From Antedon mediterranea (lineage: Eukaryota; Animalia; Echinodermata), in contig NC_092672.1 of NCBI RefSeq assembly GCF_964355755.1, positions 29,394,437-29,458,436 of the forward strand: a stretch of DNA of 64,000 nt, in the 5' to 3' direction. The notes under the pieces are model-generated. The model did not search any database. It was not told the DNA's origin and saw nothing but the letters and a program-made list of their open reading frames with translations. Positions 56,401 through 64,000 of this stretch are shown here, piece by piece. The translations under genes and the position numbers were made by a program. Position 1 is the first letter of the stretch. Each line of letters begins with the position of its first letter.

Positions 56401-59400
56401 AGATGTTTTACTTTATTTTCTTTTAAAAATTTATCTAATTTCAGTATTTTTCCTTCTGTTCACTTAGATCCAGGCAAGTCTGAAAGAAGAAAATCTAGAC
56501 CACCGTTTAAGTACAATTGTAGCATGCTATCTAATACACGAGGGTGCTAATCCACTTCGTAAAAACCATAAGAGTAAAACTCCGCTAGATATGATAAATG
56601 ACCAGAAAGTTGCCAAATCTATTAAGAAGTTTATGGACATGAAATCGTAAGTTATTTGTATACTTGAGTGTACAGAAATTTATTTTAATATTGTTTATTC
56701 ATAATTAATAAATACATTTATTTGTTTGAATCTCTACTACAAAAATACAATGCATTCTTAAAACAATTCAGTTCAAGTTTAAATTTATTTAGCAAAGGCA
56801 AAAGCATGGATCTTACTTAAGAAAATAAAATTGGTATCTGTAATTGTAAGACCCGTTACAAAAAATACATAAAGCAAACATACAGAGAAATAAAATAAAA
56901 ATATATATGTACAAAATTACAATACAATATGAATACATATAGACCTATCCTTTGTTCAAGTGCTTCCCTCTTTGCAGAAGATAGGCATATATGCTGTCTA
57001 CACTATCAAACTTTATGTGACAAAAAAATGTGATGTGTCCATATATATGGACATAATGATGTCATATCACTGCCATATTTGGGCACATCACACTTCTTTG
57101 TCAATCTAGTTGTGTAGTGTAGACTGAGGATAAGTAGTTGTAACATGTAATAATTAACAGATATTTAAAAACAAATTACATAAAAAATAAAATAAAATAT
57201 TAAATAGAAAAGATACTGTATACAATAAATGTGCTTAAATGAATGATTTAAATTATACTTTTTTTAGTAGGTCTTCACAAAAAGAGGCGGAGCAACGGGT
57301 AAGCAGTAGCAGACCCCAATCCTCATCAAATAGCAAACAAGGAGCACCACAGGTTGCACAACGTACCAAAAGTCAACATTTAAGGTCACCGAGCACGCTC
57401 AGTAACCTATCTGAAATCATGACCCAATGTCGTATGTGCAATACCACAGCTAATTGTATTTTCCAGCCTTGTGGCCACATCATGGCGTGCATGGATTGCG
57501 CTGGCTTGTTTCAGAAGTGTTTCACTTGTAAGGTTAGTGATTAAATTTGTTTAACGCCAAATTATAATGCATATAAAATAAATAAAATAACATTTCTCGT
57601 TTTTGTTGTCAAATATATAATTTTTTGTAAATTCATTTGTATTCACAGTCGGACATTAAACAACGTATACGAGTAGAAGGAGGAGAAATAAAGTGTTGTA
57701 GTTGCCATAACAATCTTGCAGAAGTTACATTCCAACCGTGTGGTCATAGAATTATGTGTCAAGGTATTCTTTATACCAAATATTTAAAATAAGTAATCAA
57801 CTCAATCAAATTAATTCAGTGTTGTTCATTTTTTCACCATTGAACTAGTTAACTAGATACTGTAACTAGTTTTAACTATCAAGAATAATTAGCAAGTTAA
57901 CTAGTTATAATTAGCAAGTTAACTAGTTTTAACTAGCAAGTTTAAATTTAAAAACTAGTTACCTTAAAAACTTGTTAACTTGCTAGTAAAAACTAGTTAA
58001 AAATAGTTTTTACTAGCAAGTTAACTAGTTTTTATTAGCAAGATAACTAGGTGTCCTGTTTACTAGTTTTAACTACCAAGTTACCTAGGTATCTTATTAA
58101 CTATGAATTTAACTAGTTTGAATTAGCAAGTTCAACTAGGTATCTTGCTAACTAATTTGAACTACCAAGTTAACTAATGAGTGAGTGAGTGGCCGAGCGG
58201 TTAAGACAGTGGAACCGTAATTACGTAGCCATAACATCGGCATGGGTTCGAGGCTCACTCACTCCATGGTTCTGGTGGTAGAACGAGTCTTCTCGGATAA
58301 GGACTATAAACCGTAGGTCCAGTGTACACATCTACCTCGTGTGTACGTTAAAGAACCTAGTACATCTTTTGAGACGAGTAGGGGGTTACCCCGGTGTATT
58401 AGTACATCACAGCCACTGATCACCAACTGGGCCCTCTGGGAGACCAGTCTTTGACTGAAGAGGTTACTCAGTATAAATATATATTTCAATCAATCAATTA
58501 TTTTTAAAATAAATTTAATTCACAGATTGGTCATGATTTTTTATTTTATTTACCTTTGTAAAAATCATAACAAACCAAACAATGGATTCAACTATCAGAG
58601 AGAAAATTCAAGCCTCTAGGCTAATGACAGAACTTTGAAAAGTAGTAAATAATGAAATCTATTTAATAATTAATATTTTTGTATTCCATTTTCAGATTGT
58701 TCTAGTAAGACAAAAACATGCAGCACATGTCAATCATTAATTACACAGAGAATTGGAAAAGGTAAGCCCCGCCCAGCTATTCAAAACCCACCAATAGGAA
58801 TGCACTTTACACTTGAGCATGTTGTACACCATTGGTATTCATATATGTCAGTTGTTTGTAAACAATGGAATATTTTATTTAAACAAAATAAAAAATACTG
58901 ATAGTATACTATATTTTTATTTAAATGCCTAAACCAAAACTTCTGTTATCAAGAGGGCATATTGTCCTGCATCTATTATAGAATAGGTGAAGTTCCTATG
59001 CACTTTTCAGGCTCATAAGTGCAAAGGCAAAGACAATTTCTCCCAAAAAGAAGGTGTGTCACCATAAAAATTACACATCAAGATATGAGAGTTTCCCATC
59101 ATTTTTTGTTTAAATCTTCCAAATTGCATATTTGAGGTTTTTATTTTTTAATGTATCATAAAGATAATATTATTGTAAATAATTGAGTACGTTTGCTGTG
59201 TATATACAGATTTATGCTAGCCTTTTTGTGAAATCAATTAAAAAACGTTTAGAAAAAAACCAATTGTGATTGATATAACAACATTTTTTTTAATGGAAAT
59301 GTATTAACTGATCTCTGAACTGTTTGATTCACATTAATACTTATAAATGCATGACAACTCATTTTCTGACCTCTGATTGGTTGCATAACTTTTCACTACG

Positions 59401-60515
59401 CAAAAAGTAGGAACTGTTCGGACTACTAATTTCGCTGAAGCTGGAAAAAAAAACTAGAATGCATTGCAGAGAGGGATTTGGAAGATAATATGTATTCTAT
59501 AAGCAGACGCTTCTGATTCGCATGAACAAATTCGCTTCGTTGAAAACAGGCTTTAAGAACACTACAGTATTTCTTTGTATTAAAGTACTTTGTTTGCACT
59601 AACATTTGTCTTTAATATTGCATGAATTGTTTGTTATGTTGATATTAGATGGTATGGTAATCCCTCTTCGTCGTGCATCAAATGTTCGTCCTTCATCATC
59701 AGCCTCGCAGTCGTCTGCTCTTGCTCGTCGTTCAAAGTCTATGCCAGGTGTTTTATCATTTTTATTTATTACGCATTTTCTACATTTTATAATAGTTGTG
59801 TCATGCAAATAATATCGAGTGAATGTTGTCAAATTTGATGTGAAAAAATATATACTCAATATGTGCACTGGCTGGGGGAAATAGGTCTTCCGACCCACCC
59901 TTTCCTCTTCCAATTTTTTTCAATGGTAGTTGGGAGAGACATAACATTTGTATTAAGCAACAACTTTGCACTTTGACAAACACCAGAAACACTATTTTGT
60001 GAGGAATTTTTTGTTGCTTTTGTCCACTGTGTGTGTGCGCCAAATTTAAATTGAGAACACACTGTTTGAATCTCAACCTATCAACTGGCAAGAATAAGGT
60101 TTATTGTCTACATGTATGATGCCAGGTTTGTGATCTGGAAGTCATAGGTTTGTGTCCAACCCAAAAGCAACTTGTTTTATACAGTGCATGCAACTATATG
60201 TCACAATTTTAATATATTTATGTTTATTACTTTGATGTAGATGGAACACAAGCTAACCAAGCAGATGCAGTAGACGCGGCTACTCCCTCTGCTGTTTCAT
60301 CATCGGCACCAGAAACCTATGAAGAAATGCGTAAACTAAAGGAGAAAGTACGCGAAATAGAAGAGTCTACATTGTGTTTAATTTGTATGGAAAATAAGCG
60401 CAACGTGGTGTTCCTCTGCGGACACGGTACGTGTAAGAAATGTGCAAAACCTCTTAAGCATTGTCCAATGTGTAGGAAACCGATTACAAAGAAAATTCAG
60501 GTGTTTACAGGATGA
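14275..60515 (+). CDS. MIB2: E3 ubiquitin ligase Mind bomb 2 (MIB/HERC2-ZZ-MIB/HERC2, two MIB repeats, ankyrin repeats, three RINGs); 19 coding exons, about 1017 aa
   Basis: Exon chain with GT-AG junctions and consistent phases, 3054 nt including the stop. MIB2-type sequences include [11 protein letters not shown]-like/[36 protein letters not shown] and KDHLPRLG. Confidence 0.95.
15301..15626 (+). mobile_element. tRNA-derived SINE with a Nin/Deu-like core
   Basis: A box TGGCCGAGCGG, B box GGTTCGAGGC, core TCGGATAAGGACTATAAACCGTAGGTCC...TAAAGAACC...GGGGTTACCCCGGTGT, and an (AAAC)n tail. Confidence 0.85.
16569..16772. repeat. Direct duplication of ~84 bp (period ~119)
   Basis: GCTATGCTACA...AAAGAGCAAGATAT occurs twice. 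Confidence 0.85.
19181..19318. mobile_element. PIF/Harbinger-type MITE family A, cleanest copy (~140 bp)
   Basis: TIR AGCTCTGTCTACACTATCAAACT with TAA on both sides. Other copies at about 144-299, 11516-12226, 15909-16028, 19971-20252, 28355-28482, 40460-40598, 48990-49552, 56991-57128 and 63538-63768. Confidence 0.85.
19998..20129. mobile_element. Small palindromic Mutator-like element nested in MITE family A
   Basis: Built from AGAAAACTCAGA units in both orientations, ends CTAGACACCC; 9-bp TSD AACTTTATG at 19989 and 20130. Confidence 0.7.
21619..22197. mobile_element. Kolobok-like non-autonomous element (~580 bp)
   Basis: Imperfect TIR AGCTCAGGTACAGGC / AGGCCAGGTG, TTAA flank, and an inverted copy at 54065-54667. 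Confidence 0.75.
24700..25200 (+). mobile_element. Harbinger-like left end with a decayed Myb/SANT-like accessory ORF
   Basis: TAA|GGCCCTGTTTCTGCTG terminus and ATACCGTATTT subterminal repeats. 25031-25183 translates to [37 protein letters not shown]. Confidence 0.6.
25220..27862. repeat. Inverted pair of ~205-bp repeats (25220-25425 and 27657-27862)
   Basis: AATTCATCAGTTGG...ACAAATACTCAGA and its reverse complement, with few mismatches. Confidence 0.85.
25661..25750 (+). repeat. 17-bp G-rich tandem repeat (GTAAGAGGGTGGGGTTA) x5
   Basis: Read directly from the sequence. Confidence 0.92.
28571..28742 (+). CDS. MIB2: MIB2 coding exon 2, ZZ zinc finger
   Basis: [47 protein letters not shown]; CTGCAG| acceptor and |GTTAGT donor. 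Confidence 0.95.
28975..29310. repeat. Minisatellite with a ~38-40-bp unit, GATAAGGCAGTAATGCTGCTACTGTAAGCCAGTAACACT
   Basis: About 8 units read directly. Confidence 0.9.
30165..30312 (+). mobile_element. Second short tRNA-derived SINE family (inverted copy at ~49888-50030)
   Basis: A box TAGCTTAGTGG, B box GGTTCAATCC, and shared AAGCCTCAAATGAGACTTAG...AAGCATGATAAA. Confidence 0.65.
31020..31508. repeat. 15/17-bp minisatellite ATTCA(CA)(T/G)GCCTCCCA(T/G)
   Basis: Read directly; it explains the overlapping ORFs in all three + frames. Confidence 0.9.
31836..32104. repeat. Direct duplication of ~115 bp (period 154)
   Basis: CTATCAAACCGTACAAGTTGCATTCTGGGACG...TTTATTTGAA occurs twice. Confidence 0.88.
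33861..34014. repeat. Palindromic element (hairpin), possibly Crypton-like
   Basis: Arms GTGGAATGGTACAAATAATTTCATGA and TCATGAAATTATTTGTACCATTCCAC. Confidence 0.6.
36397..36503 (+). CDS. MIB2: MIB2 coding exon 3, start of MIB/HERC2 domain 2
   Basis: [35 protein letters not shown]; donor |GTAAGT. Confidence 0.93.
36950..37144 (+). CDS. MIB2: MIB2 coding exon 4, MIB/HERC2 domain 2
   Basis: [46 protein letters not shown]...KDHLPRL. Confidence 0.95.
39065..39327 (-). mobile_element. tRNA/Nin-like SINE with an alternative 3' tail
   Basis: Reverse complement of the same head and core; the tail differs (CACACACTGTCGTGGACAGACGTAATGG). Confidence 0.8.
39580..39835 (-). mobile_element. tRNA/Nin-like SINE with the alternative 3' tail, second copy
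   Basis: Same tail and head as 39065-39327. Confidence 0.8.
40612..40885 (-). mobile_element. Degenerate tRNA-like or SINE element with a terminal direct repeat
   Basis: The minus strand reads GGTGGTCTAAAGG...GGTTTGAGTCCC; TGGTCAGATGTTTT at both ends; related fragment at ~60105-60165. Confidence 0.45.
41992..42617. mobile_element. Kolobok-like non-autonomous element
   Basis: TTAA flanks and imperfect TIR AGACCCCTTCCCT / AGCCCCATTCCCT. Confidence 0.65.
46896..47041 (+). CDS. MIB2: MIB2 coding exon 5, MIB repeat 1
   Basis: [32 protein letters not shown]. Confidence 0.93.
47090..47975. repeat. 24-bp minisatellite TTAGATTTCATTATGGCTGCCATC
   Basis: Homogeneous core at 47440-47900 with degenerate edges. 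Confidence 0.92.
48201..48311 (+). CDS. MIB2: MIB2 coding exon 6, MIB repeat 1
   Basis: [37 protein letters not shown]. Confidence 0.93.
48836..48940 (+). CDS. MIB2: MIB2 coding exon 7, MIB repeat 2
   Basis: [35 protein letters not shown]; donor |GTAAGT. Confidence 0.93.
49053..49485 (-). mobile_element. 5'-truncated LINE 3' end (Rex1/Babar- or L2-like) nested in MITE family A
   Basis: ORF end ...[10 protein letters not shown]...[27 protein letters not shown] matches the RT C-terminal pattern, followed by AATAAA and a (TGTATC)n tail. Confidence 0.8.
49624..49789 (+). CDS. MIB2: MIB2 coding exon 8, MIB repeat 2
   Basis: [35 protein letters not shown]...EEEK. Confidence 0.92.
50111..50244 (+). 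CDS. MIB2: MIB2 coding exon 9, start of the ankyrin region
   Basis: [10 protein letters not shown]...[23 protein letters not shown]; donor |GTAAGT. Confidence 0.9.
50275..50332. mobile_element. Tiny Tc1/mariner/pogo-type MITE (58 bp)
   Basis: TA|CCGTATTTATTT...AAATAAATACGG|TA. Confidence 0.6.
50655..50803 (+). CDS. MIB2: MIB2 coding exon 10, ankyrin repeats
   Basis: [26 protein letters not shown]...[13 protein letters not shown]. Confidence 0.93.
50901..51057 (+). CDS. MIB2: MIB2 coding exon 11, ankyrin repeats
   Basis: [52 protein letters not shown]. Confidence 0.93.
51114..52257. mobile_element. Non-autonomous DNA transposon (1144 bp), P-like or hAT-like
   Basis: Perfect 14-bp TIR CAGGGATGTCACCA with a 7-bp direct repeat GTATAAC on both sides. 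Confidence 0.8.
52490..52644 (+). CDS. MIB2: MIB2 coding exon 12, ankyrin repeats
   Basis: [23 protein letters not shown]...[17 protein letters not shown]. Confidence 0.93.
53302..53428 (+). CDS. MIB2: MIB2 coding exon 13, ankyrin repeats
   Basis: [42 protein letters not shown]. Confidence 0.93.
53714..53923 (+). CDS. MIB2: MIB2 coding exon 14, ankyrin repeats
   Basis: [53 protein letters not shown]. Confidence 0.93.
54065..54667. mobile_element. Kolobok-like non-autonomous element, inverted copy of 21619-22197
   Basis: TTAA on both sides, AG...CT termini, colinear reverse-complement similarity over the full length. Confidence 0.8.
55323..55527. repeat. Direct duplication of ~80 bp
   Basis: GGTGTTACTGTTAAATAGAGGTTCACTAACAAA...TATAGTATTG occurs twice. 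Confidence 0.85.
55657..55910 (+). pseudogene. Degenerate 5S rRNA-derived sequence followed by a SINE-like body
   Basis: GGCCATAC...AAAACACCGGTTCTCGTCAGATCACTGAAGTTAAGCAACGTTGGGCCTGGTT matches the 5' two-thirds of 5S; box C is eroded; followed by TTGGGCAAGATGCTTTACTC. Confidence 0.7.
56468..56646 (+). CDS. MIB2: MIB2 coding exon 15, last ankyrin repeat
   Basis: [43 protein letters not shown]; donor |GTAAGT. Confidence 0.9.
57271..57532 (+). CDS. MIB2: MIB2 coding exon 16, Ser/Gln linker and RING 1 (alternative in-frame start 57268)
   Basis: [35 protein letters not shown]; TAGTAG acceptor. Confidence 0.9.
57649..57763 (+). CDS. MIB2: MIB2 coding exon 17, first part of RING 2
   Basis: [38 protein letters not shown]. 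Confidence 0.88.
57840..58178. repeat. AACTAG/CTAGCAAGTT low-complexity palindromic array
   Basis: Repeated TTAACTAGTT and TAGCAAGTT motifs in both orientations, abutted by the SINE at 58180. Confidence 0.75.
58180..58497 (+). mobile_element. tRNA/Nin-like SINE, near-identical to the copy at 15301
   Basis: Aligns over ~300 bp with few differences. Confidence 0.85.
58696..58761 (+). CDS. MIB2: MIB2 coding exon 18, second part of RING 2
   Basis: [22 protein letters not shown]; TTTTCAG| acceptor and |GTAAGC donor. Confidence 0.88.
59649..59747 (+). CDS. MIB2: Candidate 99-nt symmetric cassette exon of MIB2
   Basis: GC-richer island bounded by TTAG| and CCAG|GTGTTT, phase 1-1, no stop: [33 protein letters not shown]. 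Confidence 0.55.
60241..60515 (+). CDS. MIB2: MIB2 last coding exon, coiled coil and C-terminal RING
   Basis: [64 protein letters not shown]. Confidence 0.95.
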
Positions 60516-60814
60516 CAAACATGTTAACATACATTATTAACAAAAACAAACATAACTGTAAAAACAAACATAAAGGATTGTAGGTTATATAAAAAAGTTC
60601 ATGGAAACCATGAAATAATTTATTTTTATTTCAACAATATTTTAAGAGGGTGGTCCATCCAGCTGAAGCTGATCATTAGGGACCCTAACAAATGTATGAT
60701 TTGTACAATATGTTGGACATACAGTAGAACCTCTAATGGGACATTTTCGGGGCCAACAAAGTGTCCCGTGATTAGCAGTTGTATTAAAACAAAGTACTGC
60801 TTAAAGAGCCAACA

Positions 60815-61030
60815 AACATCGGCAAGGGTTCGAGGCCGACTCGCTCCTAGTTCTGGTGGTGGAACAAGTCTTCTCGGATAAGGACTATAAACCGTAGGTC
60901 CAGTGTACACAGTTATAACCTGTGTGCACTTTAAAGAACCCAGTTCATTATTCGAAAAGAGTTTGGGATTACCCCGGTGAACTGGTTCACAAAATAGCCC
61001 CTGTATCAGGGGGATTACCACCTATCTGAT
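60815..61030 (+). mobile_element. 5'-truncated tRNA/Nin-like SINE downstream of the MIB2 stop, nested in a CAGTAGAACC-type element (~60720-61115)
   Basis: B box plus core TCGGATAAGGACTATAAACCGTAGGTCC, with a third tail type. Confidence 0.7.
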
Positions 61031-61236
61031 AGGACAGTGATTAATTCACTATTGGTAATCCTTGGCCATAGGAAAGTGTCCCCTTAGTAGGGGTGTCCTA
61101 AGAAAAGGTTCCTACAATATATTATTTTGTACTATATTTGCTTAAAAGCATGACTTTGAAAATATAAACAAAAATACCAAATCAACATCATGAATAAAAA
61201 AACTCAAAATTCTCTTGAAATACAAGTACATATAAT

Positions 61237-62073
61237 CAAAGAATATATATCACAAGAATGAGTATTCCGCGATTTTCCCTGTAACAGTAATATTGTCCAT
61301 GTGGTAGGGCGCCGCCATAAGTGTGGATGTATCTGGGATGTATACAACTTTTTTTGACGGTTTCAATAATCAAAGGCTAGACCACCGGTAGTATTTTCAT
61401 GATAAAAAATGTTGTCAACTACATGCCAACATCATGTTAAATACTATTTGGATATTTAATTGTTCGTTTTATGCAATTTATTTAGTAAAAACTGCCGTAT
61501 AAACAGTTTGCTTTATCAACCGGGCGCTACGATAGCGTGACCGGGCGTGTTGGTGTTTACGCGTTTTCACGAAGGATTGTTTAATAATATTCCTATATTT
61601 AACTTGTTTCTGGTAAAACAAATAAATGTTAATAACATTTAACATTTTGTCCTATTAATAACATGTATTTTATACTAATTTATATCATAAAAACAATACT
61701 TAATTTACCGGGCGTAGAGTAGTACACGGCAATGGTAAAGAATAGGCCGTGCTGAGTAACGATTCATTGATTTTTGGTGTTGCTGTGTTAGGCCTTTTTT
61801 GTGAACTAACTTAGCATGTTAGTAAATAATTGTCTGTAAAAGTGAATGTACACTAGTTTGTTAATAAATATGTATTATAAAATAGTTTACAATTGCAAAA
61901 ACTATTATCATAATTCTATTTAATGTGACATGTATAATATCTATTAAATCAAGTCTTATTTAGTATGTATACATCCGCCCTTATGAGGGCGGGCATCACT
62001 CACTGGAGCTCTCTGTTACAAATTTCTCATGCAAAAATCGCGGAATACTCATTCTTGTGATATATATTCTTTG
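61237..62073. mobile_element. P-superfamily-like non-autonomous element (837 bp)
   Basis: Perfect ~40-bp TIR CAAAGAATATATATCACAAGAATGAGTATTCCGCGATTTT and 7-bp TSD ATATAAT. Confidence 0.82.
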
Positions 62074-62815
62074 ATATAATATAAGTTCACTTAGTTCAGT
62101 ATTTGTATTTTTCAGTATATTTTATGTTACAATATTATTTATACTAATATAATGTCACATAATAGTTATTCACTTTGACCAAAAATTTAAAAATATTTAT
62201 CTGAAAAACTGTAATTTAAAGCAAAAAATATTGACTGGAAGTCCAAGTGTTATTGGTTGTATTAAATAATTTATTTGGTTATTTTATAAATGAAAACATT
62301 ATTTTTTTAATTTTTTTTACGGAAGTGATTAACTTTATTAAAACTGCAGAATGGTCTTTTTTTGTTTATTCATCTTCATTTCTCATGTTTTTGGGGAACA
62401 ATACATCTTTAACAACAATGGTGTTAGGTGTTGCCTGGCAACCATAAACATATGAATGGCATGCCCGGCCCACTGTTACGCAGATTCACAGTCTTTCTTT
62501 TGTAAAAACGTAAATTTATTATATATATAGATTGTAATTATGAAATTTTATCATAAATAATGTAAAATGGAACTGATATTTTTTTTATTAAAATATTTTT
62601 TTCTTTTTTTGGAAGATAACATTGTTTTGAGCAGTTTTTGTTTTTCTTTTAAACCTTATACTTTATTTAATTTTTGGATTTTTTATTTAAGAAAAAAAAA
62701 TGCAGTGCTTTTATGTATAAATCAGCAAAAAAAAACCGGGAGTACATATATGGTGATGTACTTGAGAATATTTCAGTTATCAGTTAAAAATTGATAGTAC
62801 AAAGTCTTTGGTTAA

Positions 62816-63163
62816 AGATGTATTGTCCCCCTGAAAAAATCATTTTTTTAAAAATTTGTTTGTTGAATATGCTATTTTAATGTCACATAATAGTTATTCA
62901 CTTTGACCAAAAATTGGATCGGAAAAAAAATTATTTACCTGAAAAAACTGTAATTTAGAGCCAAAAATAGTCAAATTGGCTGCCAGCCAATGGGTTTTTG
63001 ATTGAATTTAACTGTTTATTTTGTCATTTTATAAGTGAAAACATTATTTTTTCGGAATTTTTTTCTACGGAAGTAATTAACTTTATTAAAATTACAAAAT
63101 GGCATAATCGAGGTTTGATTTTAATAATCTTCATTTTTCATGTTTATGGGGGACAATACATCT
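62816..63163. mobile_element. Kolobok-like MITE family B, cleanest copy
   Basis: Perfect TIR AGATGTATTGTCCCCC and TTAA TSD. Decayed copies near 16800, 17630-17880, 26805-27110, 27880-28320, 32340-32650, 52950-53265 and 62140-62412. Confidence 0.8.
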
Positions 63164-63537
63164 TTAAGATGTGGACATAGATTTATATTTTTGTATTTTG
63201 AGTTTTATCATATTTTCTTCAGTAATGTTATTTATTACTATTTATTAATGCTGGCAACACACTATTTGTAAATACATTTTTTAAATTCAAATATACTACA
63301 GTGAACTCTCCCAATACTGGACAGCCTTGTGGAGATCTTTAGTCCTACCGTACCCAAAAAAACAGAGGAGATCTTTTAGTATCTACGATTAACTGAGCCT
63401 AGAAAATATCCAAAACCAAAAGTAACATCATAAAAGCTTAATAAAGCAACCCAATTGTGACTGCCACTAACAGAATTAGAAATCTTATTGTTTTTTAACC
63501 AATGAGTTTATAAGATTACCCATGCTTTCAATACTAA

Positions 63538-63768
63538 AGCTCTGTTTACACTATCATACTAGTTTGACAAAAAATGTGATGCGAGATGAACCCAAATATG
63601 GTAGTGATAATAATAATAATAATGGAAATTTGTAAAGCGCAAGCATCTGTCTAAAAAAAGACGCTCACTGCGCTAAATATGATATGGTAGTGAAATGACA
63701 TCATCATGTCCATATATGGGCATATCATTTTTTTTTGTCACATAAAGGTTGATAGTGTAGACAGAGCC
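63538..63768. mobile_element. MITE family A copy with a nested retroelement 3' tail (63608-63681)
   Basis: TAA TSD. The insert has a (TAA)n tail and a GCGC stem-loop and is flanked by ATATGGTAGTGA at 63596 and 63682. Confidence 0.75.
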
Positions 63769-64000
63769 TAAGTCTCAGTTTGTTGCTTAGATTATGTAAA
63801 TTTTATTAACTTTTTTAATTTTTAATATTATATTCATAATTAGATATTTATATGCTATAGATAACCGTAGCCTAATACATTTTGTTATACATAAACATTT
63901 TTGTTAAGTTTTGCTATTTACATTTGTATTTATGTAACATTTCTGTATGGAACTTAATTGAATACAATTTTATTTAATTTTTATATAAATATGTACTTTT

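Noticed and set aside
14275-60515. MIB1 assignment because of three RINGs
   Set aside because: N-terminal diagnostic stretches ([31 protein letters not shown]) follow MIB2 as recalled

Overview
AT-rich eukaryotic genomic DNA with spliceosomal introns, probably from a marine invertebrate (inferred from gene content and repeat families; the species cannot be determined from sequence alone). Two + strand genes were reconstructed by hand with GT-AG junctions and consistent phases. (1) A 4-exon, 606-aa gene (6844-10690) encodes a THAP zinc finger, two HCF-1-binding motifs, an 8-aa repeat linker, a coiled coil and a P-element-transposase-like helical segment. An unrelated acidic last exon sits where the catalytic domain should be, so it looks like a domesticated, catalytically dead P element. 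(2) Mind bomb 2 (MIB2, 14275-60515, 19 coding exons, about 1017 aa, plus a candidate 99-nt cassette exon) has three RING fingers. Introns and flanks are dense with non-autonomous transposons (Harbinger-, Kolobok-, Mutator-, Tc1/mariner- and P-like), tRNA/Nin-domain SINEs, a 5S-derived chimera, LINE 3' ends and minisatellites. The most interesting observations are the KP-repressor-like THAP gene alongside two P-like elements with 7-bp TSDs, and a ~140-bp MITE family in which 4 of about 10 copies carry nested insertions at two hotspots. Family assignments rely on recalled consensus features, not database searches.
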